Shown here in pieces: positions 30,203-40,181 of a DNA stretch of 64,000 bases; position 1 is the first letter of the stretch, and every line of letters starts with the position of its first letter. Position numbers and translations under genes: made by a program. Under the pieces are notes generated by a model. The model worked only from the letters and a program-made list of their open reading frames with translations. It searched no databases and was not told the origin of the DNA. Source of the stretch: Candidatus Poribacteria bacterium (GTDB lineage Bacteria; Poribacteria; WGA-4E; JAJDTR01); contig CBDCTK010000002.1 in NCBI GenBank assembly GCA_965222225.1, forward strand, positions 1,760,001 to 1,824,000, written 5' to 3'.

Positions 30203-30275
30203 ACATTAATTGCACGCGCTCCCGCAACGAGTGGAGAAATCGGCCGTTGGTAAAACCCAAAAAGGAGATAACTAG

Positions 30276-31538
30276 GTGAGTCAAACAATTCATGAAATGG
30301 TAGAATCCAAAGCACGCACCGCGAAAGCCGCGATGCGAAAACTATCCAAAACTTCCTCTGATGTCCGCAACCGGGCGCTTCTCGCGATGGCGGAGGGCAT
30401 TATTCGGTTCAAGGATAAAATTCGAGATGCCAACGAGATTGATTTGAGAGCTGGCCGAGACACCGGGCTTGCCGCTCCTTTGATGAGTCGGCTCGCGTTG
30501 GACGATAAAAAGATTGAAAGAATGGCGGATAATCTCAAGCAGGTTGCCGCATTTCCTGATCCCATCGGCGAGGTAGTTCACATGGGAGAACGCCCGAATG
30601 GGCTGAAGATTGGAACGGTTCGGGTCCCGATTGGTGTTATCGGGGTGATTTACGAATCGCGCCCGGATGTCACCGTTGAAGTCTCCGCTTTGTGCGTCAA
30701 GTCGGGCAATGGCGTTATCCTGCGCGGCGGATCGGAAGCCATCCATTCAAACACAGCTCTTGCAAACATATTGACTGAGACAGCGGAAAAAGAAGGGGTG
30801 GCCGGCGCGATACAGTTTGTTGACATCACGAATCGGCAGGCGGTACGGGAGATGATCTCAATGTCCAATCACATCGATCTCATCGTACCGCGCGGTAGCC
30901 AGGAGTTCATCCGCCACATCATGAAAACCTCCGACATCGCTGTCGTTGGTCATGCGGACGGAATCTGCCATGTGTACGTTGATGAGGCTGCCGACCTCAA
31001 CATGGCTGAAGATATCTGTATCAACGCCAAGGTGGGATATAAAGTTGCCGCGTGTAACGCAATGGAAACACTGCTAGTTCACGCGTCTGTCGCACCGCAA
31101 TTCCTGCCGTCAATGTGCGAGAAATTCGCAGCTGAAGGCGTGGAGTTGCGGGGGTGCGAAGAAACGCGGAAGTTATATCCCACCGCCAAACCCGCAACCG
31201 AGGAGGATTGGCGAACAGAGTATCTGGATGAAATATTGTCGATTCGGATTGTTCCTGACTTCGATGGCGCGATTGATCACATTGAGACTTACGGTTCACA
31301 CCATTCCGATGCAATCGTCACCGAGAGTTACGCAAACTCGCAACGGTTTCTAAAAGAGGTCGATTCGGCGGCTGTGTATGTCAACGCAAGCACCTGTTTT
31401 ACCGATGGCTATGAATTTGGACTTGGCGCGGAAGTTGGCATCAGCACCCAGAAACTCCATTGTCGAGGACCCATGGGACTTCAAGGCTTGACGAGTTACA
31501 AATACATCGTCTATGGAAACGGGCAGGTGCGTACGTAA
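30276..31538 (+). CDS. proA: Gamma-glutamyl phosphate reductase
   Basis: VPIGVIGVIYESRP, KSGN..ILRGGSEA, ACNAMETLLV, NAST.FTDG.EFGLGAEVGISTQKLH.RGPMGL. Confidence 0.97.
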   Translation: MSQTIHEMVESKARTAKAAMRKLSKTSSDVRNRALLAMAEGIIRFKDKIRDANEIDLRAGRDTGLAAPLMSRLALDDKKIERMADNLKQVAAFPDPIGEVVHMGERPNGLKIGTVRVPIGVIGVIYESRPDVTVEVSALCVKSGNGVILRGGSEAIHSNTALANILTETAEKEGVAGAIQFVDITNRQAVREMISMSNHIDLIVPRGSQEFIRHIMKTSDIAVVGHADGICHVYVDEAADLNMAEDICINAKVGYKVAACNAMETLLVHASVAPQFLPSMCEKFAAEGVELRGCEETRKLYPTAKPATEEDWRTEYLDEILSIRIVPDFDGAIDHIETYGSHHSDAIVTESYANSQRFLKEVDSAAVYVNASTCFTDGYEFGLGAEVGISTQKLHCRGPMGLQGLTSYKYIVYGNGQVRT

Positions 31539-31718
31539 GGTTTCTTCAGAAGAACCGAGTGCGATCCACGACTGCGTCCTATGATGCCCGTGCTTGCTCC
31601 GTCACCGTGTGGACGTTAGGAGTCAACAATCCTTGACCCCATAGTGTTGATTGCCGACGCCAAGACAAATTCCGCATTCCACGTGCTGATGACACCGGAA
31701 CAACCGTCCTGCCAACAA

Positions 31719-32627
31719 CTAATCGGTTGTCCCACCAGACATCTGCTCCAGCGCTAGCGTCAGCGCGTGTGTTCCAAGGCGGCCATGCCCTTGGGCTTGC
31801 ACGGCAAGGTAAAGTTGATGAACGAGGGCAAGCCCCGGAAGACTCAGACCCATTTTTTTTGACTCATCAAGGGCGATACCCATGTCCTTGATGAAATGCT
31901 CGACGAAGAAGCCCGGATCGAAATTGCGCTTGAGGATTCGCGGCGCCAAGTTATCGAGCGTCCAACAGGCGGCGGCGCCGCCGCCAATTGACGATAGCAT
32001 CGTCTCTAAATCCAAGCCTGCCTTATGACCGTAAAGAAGTGACTCGCAAACCCCAATCATAGTCCCTGCAATCGCGATCTGGTTACACATTTTCGTGTGC
32101 TGGCCAGCCCCTGCCCCTCCTTGATGCACGATGTTTTTCCCCATCGCTTCAAATAGAGGCATAACCGATTTGACGGCGTCTTCGTCGCCACCAACCATGA
32201 TTGATAGACGTGCTTCTCTCGCACCAACATCACCGCCCGAAACGGGAGCATCAACAGACGCTATCCCCCGCGTCCTGGCTTGGTCGTATATTTCCTTCGC
32301 CAACGAAGGTTCGGTCGTCGTCATATCGACGATAATTCTGCCCGACTTCGCCCCCTTGAGGATACCATTTTCACCCAAATAAACATCGCGAACATCCGGT
32401 GGAAAGCCGACAATTGTGAAGATGACATCGGACGCGGCGGCGACCTCACGTGAGGAATCCGCCCATGTGGCACCGGCGTCAAGCAACGGTTGCGCTCTTT
32501 CCTTCGTACGGTTGTGCACGGTTGCCGAATAACCGCAATCCATAAGGTGCTGACACATCCAACGCCCCATAACGCCGGTGCCAATCCATCCAATTTTCGT
32601 TTCGCCGGGTGCTACAGTGATACTCAT
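31719..32627 (-). CDS. NAD-dependent beta-hydroxyacid dehydrogenase (3-hydroxyisobutyrate/tartronate-semialdehyde reductase family)
   Basis: [37 protein letters not shown]. Confidence 0.92.
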   Translation of the reverse strand: MSITVAPGETKIGWIGTGVMGRWMCQHLMDCGYSATVHNRTKERAQPLLDAGATWADSSREVAAASDVIFTIVGFPPDVRDVYLGENGILKGAKSGRIIVDMTTTEPSLAKEIYDQARTRGIASVDAPVSGGDVGAREARLSIMVGGDEDAVKSVMPLFEAMGKNIVHQGGAGAGQHTKMCNQIAIAGTMIGVCESLLYGHKAGLDLETMLSSIGGGAAACWTLDNLAPRILKRNFDPGFFVEHFIKDMGIALDESKKMGLSLPGLALVHQLYLAVQAQGHGRLGTHALTLALEQMSGGTTD

Positions 32628-32796
32628 AATTTGTCTCCTTTGAGGTTCATGTTTTCAAGATTTGGGATACGATGTGAAGTCAGTCTGACTTATGGGCAAA
32701 AAAGCGGCGAAGCGTGATTTTCACCACTCACATGCTATAAATTATATCCCAATTCCATCCCACCACGAAATACTCACGTCAGACTAGCTTTCATGT

Positions 32797-32862
32797 TAGG
32801 TCTTACACACTTAAACTCTAGTAGGGAGCGCAGATCCGCATTCTCTACAGTGCGCAAATGTA
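32797..32862. repeat. Degenerate taggtcttacaca / GTAG-REP element
   Basis: taggtcttacaca...gtagggagcg...ctctac. Confidence 0.5.
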
Positions 32863-32882
32863 AATTTGAACGCGACATTAAA

Positions 32883-33881
32883 TCAAAGCCAACCATTATC
32901 CAAATACCAACGGGCGGTCTCTTCGATTCCCTTTTCGAGCGGATGTTTGGCACAATAGCCAATTTCCTTCTCTGCCTTGGTGCTGTCGCAAATCCAATAC
33001 TGTTGTTTCAAATCAATCATCTTCTGGCGATTCAAAGTAGCAGGTTCGCCTGTGAATTTGGCGATAGCTTCCGTAAAGATGGCTACAACGTCCAACAGAA
33101 AAAATGTCACCCTTAGCGGAAGCGGCCGTTTTTTCAATTCTCCAGAGATAGCCTGCGCTACATCCCACCACGAATGAACGACGCCATCGGTCAGAAAGTA
33201 GGTTTCGCCCACGGCGCGATCGGAAACTGCAGCCGTGTGAATCCCGCCAACCAAATCCTTTACATACACAAGACTTAGTTGCCGCTGCGAATTGCCGATA
33301 ATCGGCAGTATTCCCTTCCTGACACACTGAAAAAACAAATAAATGTCTTTGTCGCGAGGGCCGTAAACCGCAGGTGGGCGGATGATTGTAATAGGCAACC
33401 GATCTGCATACTCACGTGTAATCGTCTCCCCTTTGAGTTTACTTCTTCCATAATCTGTCAGTGGTTGCGGCTGCGTGTCCTCAGATATTTGCCTGTCATC
33501 CGGGCTTGGACCGCTTGCTGCCAAGCTGCTGCAATAAAGGAATCGAGTTATGCCACGATTTTCCGCGAGACACGCCTCAATCAAGCGCTTCGTCGCTCCT
33601 GCATTTGCCCAATTGTATTCATCAGCATTGAACGCTTTGGTCAAACCGGCGAGGTGAAAGACGAGGTCAACGTCCTTCAGGGATGGTATTGGCGAATCAG
33701 GATTGCTAAGGTCGGCGGTCACCAGTTGAATACGCGGTAACTTTTCATCAAGTAGCGGCTGAAGCCACCGCAGATTGCTCGTTTCCCGAACCGTGCACGT
33801 TACCTGATAACCACAATTCACTAGCAGTTCCACCAAATGGCTGCCAATGAAGCCGGTGCCGCCCGTCACAAAAGCTCGCAT
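32883..33881 (-). CDS. NAD-dependent epimerase/dehydratase (extended SDR)
   Basis: VTGGTGFIG, FHLAG, YGRSK, RPPAVYGP. Confidence 0.92.
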   Translation of the reverse strand: MRAFVTGGTGFIGSHLVELLVNCGYQVTCTVRETSNLRWLQPLLDEKLPRIQLVTADLSNPDSPIPSLKDVDLVFHLAGLTKAFNADEYNWANAGATKRLIEACLAENRGITRFLYCSSLAASGPSPDDRQISEDTQPQPLTDYGRSKLKGETITREYADRLPITIIRPPAVYGPRDKDIYLFFQCVRKGILPIIGNSQRQLSLVYVKDLVGGIHTAAVSDRAVGETYFLTDGVVHSWWDVAQAISGELKKRPLPLRVTFFLLDVVAIFTEAIAKFTGEPATLNRQKMIDLKQQYWICDSTKAEKEIGYCAKHPLEKGIEETARWYLDNGWL

Positions 33882-33940
33882 AGCGGTTCAGCCTTCGAAT
33901 CCACCACAAAGTGGCACTCTAGGTGATAGATCATCGGAAC

Positions 33941-35122
33941 CTAGGAAGAAGTGTCTATTGATTTCTTCGCTTGCGTTTCCTTGTTAGATTGCCAATCCAG
34001 ATCCTTCGCAAGCTGGGACACCAGAACAATCCCTCCAACCACAACACCACAGTAGGTCGTGAAAAACCGAGTTAGTAACGAATATAATCCACCTGTATGT
34101 CCAACTAATAGGTTTTCCATAAAAATAACGGTCAAGACTTCAGCAATTCCACTTGCGCCCGGGCTAGGCGCAAACAGCGTGACAAAGTGTAAAATCGATT
34201 GTATTGCGATTACATGCCAGAAAGGCGCGTCTCCGCCCAATGCTCGAACGATGACATATCCACCCGTGAATCTGCTTGCATAAATCCCTGCTGTACACAA
34301 AAAACTGACGACACAAACTCCTTTGTGGTCGGTAATGAACATTCGAGTGAACGTTGCGTGTTCCGTGATGAGTTTGCCAAGCGTCGTAACCAGTCGATTG
34401 AGAACCTTTGTGGCGAAGTGGAACCCCCGTCGATCGGGAAATCGGATGAGTGTCAGCGGAATGAGGAAAACTTTCGGCTTCACCGCCATGAGGAGAAAAA
34501 ACGAAAGGAAAAGCGCGAACATCAACAGAGTGTACCGACTAACAAGCGTGACTCCTTTGGGAAGGAAGTCTGGCGCTTGCCAAGCTACGTAAGCGGCGGA
34601 AAGGAAAAGGAATATAAGTGTTCCGGTGAAAGAGATAATCCCCGCAGTAATACAGCCAGCTACCGGCACCCCAACACGACTGTAAATATATATGTGGCCT
34701 ACACCGCCAGTTTGAAAAGGTGTGATGCCTCCTACGCAGATAGTTGCCAAATTCGCGCGAATGCCATCAAGGAAGGTGAGTCCAGTCGTCATTTTCCGGC
34801 AAAAGATATGGATACGCGCTCCTCCGAATAGCCAATCAACCAGCATGCAGAGTGCCGCAAGAAGGATGTATTTCCCCTGTAAAGATCTAAGGTCCGCACC
34901 GATGTTTTTAGTGTCACTCCAAAAAAAGCTAGCGCATAATCCGATAACCGTACATAGACCGAAAAACAGAAATCCGCGTGTGATATTTTTTCGGCTAAGG
35001 GATCGACTCAAGAACTCTTGCATTGATGATTCAACGGGTTCCTTCCAGACAATTCGTCGCCTCCGAATGTGCTTAATCTGCGTTCCTGAATCGGTCTTGA
35101 ACAAGGGAACCAGCTTTCCCAA
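33941..35122 (-). CDS. Lysylphosphatidylglycerol synthase TM (flippase-like) protein
   Basis: Multi-TM; ITPFQTGG, APSPGASGIAE, RFFTTY. Confidence 0.85.
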   Translation of the reverse strand: MGKLVPLFKTDSGTQIKHIRRRRIVWKEPVESSMQEFLSRSLSRKNITRGFLFFGLCTVIGLCASFFWSDTKNIGADLRSLQGKYILLAALCMLVDWLFGGARIHIFCRKMTTGLTFLDGIRANLATICVGGITPFQTGGVGHIYIYSRVGVPVAGCITAGIISFTGTLIFLFLSAAYVAWQAPDFLPKGVTLVSRYTLLMFALFLSFFLLMAVKPKVFLIPLTLIRFPDRRGFHFATKVLNRLVTTLGKLITEHATFTRMFITDHKGVCVVSFLCTAGIYASRFTGGYVIVRALGGDAPFWHVIAIQSILHFVTLFAPSPGASGIAEVLTVIFMENLLVGHTGGLYSLLTRFFTTYCGVVVGGIVLVSQLAKDLDWQSNKETQAKKSIDTSS

Positions 35123-35153
35123 GAACTCGGCTTTGCCAATAATTCCTCCCTCG

Positions 35154-35993
35154 CTAAAATATTTCTAGGTCTAAACTTATATCTAGCGGTGTTGCTGAGT
35201 GCGTTAGTGCGCCAACGGAAATGAGATTTACACCCGTCATGGCGACAGCCTCGACCTTATCCAACGTGATTCCTCCCGACGCTTCCGTGATGGCTCTGCC
35301 AGCGACCTTCGCAACAGCTGTCTCCATCAAGTCGACGGGCATATTATCGAACAATAAAATATCGGCTCTGGCTCGCAGCGCTTCTTCAACCTGATCCAAG
35401 GTTTCCACCTCAATCTCAATCTTTGAGGTATGCGGTGCAATAGATCGGGCTTGCTCCACGGCTTGAGCGATGCCTCCAGCGGCAATAATGTGGTTATCCT
35501 TAATCAGAATACCGTCGTACAGTCCAAAGCGGTGGTTAGATCCACCGCCTACTCGGACAGCATACTTTTGAATTGTCCGCCAACCTGCCGTTGTTTTACG
35601 AGTGTCGATAATCTTAACAGGGTACCCAGCCGTGGCAGCAACAAACTCTGCGGTTAATGTCGCCGTACCCGAAAGGCGCTGCAGAAAGTTGAGAACAATA
35701 CGCTCAGCGGTGAGGATGGATGTCGCCGCGCCGACTACACCGGCAATCGGAGTCGTCTCTTGCACGGAGTGACCGTCGGAAACAAACGACTCGAATTGGA
35801 GAGACGGATCAATCTTGTCAAATACACGTTCGGCAATTGGTATCCCTGCAATGATACCGCTGCCGTGCACAGTGATAGTGCCTCTTGCAATCTGAGCATT
35901 CGAAATCGTAGATTCGGTTGTAATGTCGCCGGAGCCGACATCCTCTACGATCGCTAACTCAATCAAGGGATCGATTAACCGAAAGTTCAACAT
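35154..35993 (-). CDS. nadC: Nicotinate-nucleotide pyrophosphorylase (carboxylating)
   Basis: ED...GDITT, ERIVLNFLQRLSG, DTRKT, NHRFGLYD..LIKDNH, EASGG, ISVGALTHS. Confidence 0.96.
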   Translation of the reverse strand: MLNFRLIDPLIELAIVEDVGSGDITTESTISNAQIARGTITVHGSGIIAGIPIAERVFDKIDPSLQFESFVSDGHSVQETTPIAGVVGAATSILTAERIVLNFLQRLSGTATLTAEFVAATAGYPVKIIDTRKTTAGWRTIQKYAVRVGGGSNHRFGLYDGILIKDNHIIAAGGIAQAVEQARSIAPHTSKIEIEVETLDQVEEALRARADILLFDNMPVDLMETAVAKVAGRAITEASGGITLDKVEAVAMTGVNLISVGALTHSATPLDISLDLEIF

Positions 35994-36261
35994 ATGCGTT
36001 AAACTAGTCAACAATATTCAGGGACGATTGCCCGACGTGATAACGTGGAAAAAACTAACCGTGTGTTGCTTGGAGGTGACACCCGTTGTTTGGTCCTTCG
36101 ACTCACTCCACGTTGCCGACGCGCAAACTATCAATCGGTATCTCTCGGTACCCCTAGAAACCGAGAGGTTTTCCGTTCGCATTTCTAGGAGGATGCTCCC
36201 TAACAATCCGTCTCATTTTACGCTTGTGCAAATTACCGGCAACTCGTGACATCTAGGAAAA

Positions 36262-38043
36262 TCAGAGAGGCCATACGAGAGGTGTGATGAGTATTGCTGT
36301 ACCGCCGACCAGCACATCTAACGGAAGTCCGATTCGCAGATAGTCACTGAAGCGATAGCCGCCGGGGCCATAAACCATCAAGTTGGTCTGATACCCTAGC
36401 GGTGTGGCAAAACTTGCCGACGCTGCGACCATTGTCACGATAACAAACGGCATGAAATTCACGCCAAGATTATCAGCTGTCGCGATTGCAATCGGGAAAA
36501 CGAGCACAGCCGCTGCAACGTTGGTTAGAGTTTCGGTGAACAACAAAGTGATGACATATACCACAGCCAACACAAGCAGCGGCTTTTGGCCCGCCATCGC
36601 GATGAGAGATTGCGCAATCGCGCCGGCTATTCCAGAGTTTTGCATAGCGTGGCCAATTCCTATCGATGCCGCAATGACTAGCAAGACCTGCAAATTGATG
36701 CTGCGCCTTGCAGTTGCCACCGAGCAGCAACCAGTCAAGAGCATGAGCCCAGCCGCTAGGAGTGCGGCATTCAGCATGAGTTCGGGTTGGATGACCACAA
36801 CTGCAACCATGCCTATCAGAAGCCCCGATGCCATCAAGGCATGGCTATGGCGCCGCGGGTTAGAATCTTCCACTTGGCTCACTAAGAAGAAATCGCGTGA
36901 ATTTCGCTGCTGCGTCCCAAACGATGGGTGTGTTTCCAACAGTAAGGTGTCGCCTGCCCTCAATACGATGTCTCCAATTTTCCCACGGATGCGTTCGCCA
37001 TTTCGAGCGACGGCAATAACCACGGCATTGTAAGTTGAACGAAATTGCCCCTCGCGAATTGTTTGGCTAACGAGCGGACAAGTGTTCGAGACGACGGCTT
37101 CAATAAGGCATCGCTCGGACCTTGGCGTGTCAAGTTTGAAAATCTGATCTGTAGCGGGGGTTAAGCCGGGCATTTTTTGCAAACTGACAACCGATTCGAC
37201 AATCCCAACAAAGATGAGGCGGTCTTTCGCCCGAAGCCGTTCCTGCGGTGAAACAGCAACCATCACTTGACCGTCACGGTCAATTTCCATCAAGTACAGT
37301 CCTTCGAGATGCCGCAATCCCGCTTGTTCAATTGTTTGGCCGACAAGGGAACTACCATCTTCCACAAGCATCTCAACCGTATACTCTCGCGGATCGGCTG
37401 TTCGGCGAAGCACCGGGCGCCTTTCGGGCAATAACCACCGGCTAAATATCACCGTGAATATTGTTCCTATCAACGCGCAGGGTAACCCGACCTTCGTTAT
37501 GTCGAACATCCCGAGGCTCTGTTCTCCCCACTCTACCAGCAAGCCATTGACCACCAAATTGGTGCTTGTGCCAATCAGCGTGCACATACCTCCAAGAATC
37601 GCCGCGTAGCTAAGCGGTATCAGCAGTTTGGACACCGATAAGCGATTCTGTTTCGCCCATTCATCAACCGCTGGTAGGAGTGTCGCAACAACGGGAGTGT
37701 TGTTCAGAAATGCACTGGTGGTTGCGACAGGTAACACGATGCGCAGAAGTGCCGCCGAGAGCGATTTGGGACGTCCTAACAAGTGTCGAACAATCAGATT
37801 AATGACACCCGTCTCACGTAATGCGGCGCTGACGACGAAAAGCACCCCGACCGTAATCATTCCCGGGTTGGCAAACCCTGAAAAGGCTTCGGCAGGCGTG
37901 AGAATCCTTGTTGTCAACAATAGGATTAAGCCGCCAAGTAGGATTGCATCCGGACTGATGCGCGTGAAAATTAACAAATTGAGCACTAATGCAACGACAG
38001 CCAGCGTTATCCAAGCGTCCCAGCCCAATGTTTCCCAGCCCAT
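36262..38043 (-). CDS. SLC13/CitMHS-type transporter with TrkA-C domains
   Basis: SAFLNNTPVV, GGMCTLIGTSTN, two TrkA-C repeats, TPLGYQTNLMV.GPG.Y.F.D; start at MGWETLG. Confidence 0.92.
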   Translation of the reverse strand: MGWETLGWDAWITLAVVALVLNLLIFTRISPDAILLGGLILLLTTRILTPAEAFSGFANPGMITVGVLFVVSAALRETGVINLIVRHLLGRPKSLSAALLRIVLPVATTSAFLNNTPVVATLLPAVDEWAKQNRLSVSKLLIPLSYAAILGGMCTLIGTSTNLVVNGLLVEWGEQSLGMFDITKVGLPCALIGTIFTVIFSRWLLPERRPVLRRTADPREYTVEMLVEDGSSLVGQTIEQAGLRHLEGLYLMEIDRDGQVMVAVSPQERLRAKDRLIFVGIVESVVSLQKMPGLTPATDQIFKLDTPRSERCLIEAVVSNTCPLVSQTIREGQFRSTYNAVVIAVARNGERIRGKIGDIVLRAGDTLLLETHPSFGTQQRNSRDFFLVSQVEDSNPRRHSHALMASGLLIGMVAVVVIQPELMLNAALLAAGLMLLTGCCSVATARRSINLQVLLVIAASIGIGHAMQNSGIAGAIAQSLIAMAGQKPLLVLAVVYVITLLFTETLTNVAAAVLVFPIAIATADNLGVNFMPFVIVTMVAASASFATPLGYQTNLMVYGPGGYRFSDYLRIGLPLDVLVGGTAILITPLVWPL

Positions 38044-38076
38044 ACCAAAAGTCCTCGGAAGTGATGCGTAAGAGAG

Positions 38077-38105
38077 AGCATAGCACCTGAGCCGTGTATT
38101 GTCAA
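38077..38105 (-). promoter_or_regulatory. sigma70 promoter of the SLC13 gene
   Basis: TTGACA-17 nt-TATGCT on the minus strand with TG extension. Confidence 0.65.
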
Positions 38106-38642
38106 GGATTTTTGGGGCAATCAATCCTTGCGTTTCACCTCCTTTTCTGATACACTTTTGTTCTTGTGCATTCGCACGCCCATAGCTTGTTTGAACAACA
38201 GACGGCAAAATCATTCTTGGTCTTTCGAAGAGGACTTTTTTATGTTTTTTTTGGTTCCTACGATACACCTTGAAGGCAAGAGAGCAATCGGAGACTTGAT
38301 AGTCCCCAATCATCATCGATTTGGGAATCGAAGATGGTTTCGTCGTGGAGCCCAGGCCCATAGTGTATAGTCGGGTTTCACGATAGATGCTTGGCACGAC
38401 AGTCTACTTGAAAAACAGTGGCACTATTTGGATTGATAGCTTATGATATCGTCTGTTCAATCGACCTACAAAACTAATCGCACATCCATTCTTTGATTCC
38501 CGAGAGCTACTAGCTTTTTGCGTCCATTACGCAAGTTACGACTACCTTGCGTTTCACACTTATCTGAAGTGCCGAGTCCCGCAAATGCGTACAGAAGACA
38601 TTCCCCGAACCAACTCCCTTCTCTCGCTCCACATCCCCACTT

Positions 38643-40094
38643 ATGACTCCTAAGAACTCGTTTACCCGTTTCATCTTTATCTTGGTTGACGGTTCACCGT
38701 ATCACATATTTAAAGATTTGGTCAGCGATGGTACCCTTTCAAACATCAAGAAGTATGTAATAGATCGAGGCTCATTCAAAAAAGCCGTTTCCACATTTCC
38801 ATCAGCAACAGGTCCCGCCTTTATTCCTTTCTTTATGGGGCTTTTTCCAGGCACTGCAAATATGCCCGGTCTTCGCTGGTTGTCTAAGCGGCAGTTCCAG
38901 AATCCTCACCGATTCCGCAGTCCGGGGATATGCAGTTACATGGGGCTTGATAGTCTTTCCTTCACGGAAGATTTGCCGCGCAAGCCTACGCTGTTTGATT
39001 TTTTTTCACCGGTGAGTAACATCTACAATCTATTGACCCGCGGTTGTCCATCATCTCGAAACCGAACCCGTTGGATTAAACCACTGGTCTACACATACGC
39101 GCATTTTTCCCATAAATGGCGGTTTGTGAATACCATCGCCTCTCGAAAGCTATTGAAAGCAGTTAAAGCGGGCGATGAATTTGTGATGTGTCTCTTCCCC
39201 GGAGTGGATACGTTCTCCCATCTGTCGCATACGACATCCGCCCGCGTCCTTGATACCTATCGGGAAATAGACAAAACTGTCGGAGACGTTTGTCACATTT
39301 TGCAAGAATCAAATGACTTTGACAATACGCTGATTATGATTACAAGCGACCACGGAATGAGTAATACACACACGCATATTGATCTTCCACGCCATTTGGA
39401 AAATACGGGTTTGCGATGTCTCCATTATCCCCTGCTCTGGAGGCAACAAGCCGAATCCGCCAGCATGGTTTCGGGGAACGGGATGGCGCACGTCTATTTC
39501 AAGGGAGAAAACAAAGAGACCGGTGCGACGGGCAAGTTGCAGAAAGGCTGGGGTGAGCGCCTGTCAACTGAGCAACTTAACGGTATGGGCGTCATCGATC
39601 CGCTCTTAGATCTTGAAGGACTTGATTTCGTTGCGGGACAAAGCGAGAACAAAAGCATTATCGTAAAGAAGAAGACAGGTCAAGGGACAATTACCCGTCA
39701 AAACGCGGCTTTTTCGTATGAATTTCGAGGGACCGACCCGCTAGGATACGGGACATTTTATGAAAACATATCGTATCGTGAGGCGCTCAATCAAACCTAC
39801 GATACCGAATACCCGGACGGCTTAGTACAACTGTGGCAGATTTTCCAAGGCGACCGGACAGGAGATCTCGTACTAAGCGCCCAACCCGGCTATGACTTAC
39901 GCGCACGCTATGAATTTCCGGAACATCACGCAACCCATGGCGCATTGCATGCGCAACAGATATTGGTGCCGCTCGCAATCAATGTACCTCTTGAGACAGA
40001 ACACATTCGCACCGTTGACCTGTTCCCCACCGTCTTGAGTCACTTCGGGCACACAGTCGAACCAAGTCAGATTGATGGACTGCTTGTTCACTAA
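38643..40094 (+). CDS. Alkaline phosphatase superfamily (nucleotide pyrophosphatase/phosphodiesterase)
   Basis: ILVDG, STFPSATG, D.FSH, TSDHG, THGALH. Confidence 0.88.
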   Translation: MTPKNSFTRFIFILVDGSPYHIFKDLVSDGTLSNIKKYVIDRGSFKKAVSTFPSATGPAFIPFFMGLFPGTANMPGLRWLSKRQFQNPHRFRSPGICSYMGLDSLSFTEDLPRKPTLFDFFSPVSNIYNLLTRGCPSSRNRTRWIKPLVYTYAHFSHKWRFVNTIASRKLLKAVKAGDEFVMCLFPGVDTFSHLSHTTSARVLDTYREIDKTVGDVCHILQESNDFDNTLIMITSDHGMSNTHTHIDLPRHLENTGLRCLHYPLLWRQQAESASMVSGNGMAHVYFKGENKETGATGKLQKGWGERLSTEQLNGMGVIDPLLDLEGLDFVAGQSENKSIIVKKKTGQGTITRQNAAFSYEFRGTDPLGYGTFYENISYREALNQTYDTEYPDGLVQLWQIFQGDRTGDLVLSAQPGYDLRARYEFPEHHATHGALHAQQILVPLAINVPLETEHIRTVDLFPTVLSHFGHTVEPSQIDGLLVH

Positions 40095-40181
40095 TCTAGT
40101 CTCGTTTGGCAATCTATGGGGTTCATCGTAGGAACGAATTCTCTGCCAATCAGGCCTAGTATTAGAAGAGGAGACAATCTA

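Noticed and set aside
36018-36249. Small ORFs between nadC and SLC13
   Set aside because: No recognisable domain or convincing start
38044-38397. 118-aa N-terminal extension of the SLC13 ORF (similar extensions on mutS, wza and the 41617 ORF)
   Set aside because: The extensions lack family features and overlap predicted promoters or neighbouring genes; downstream starts were chosen
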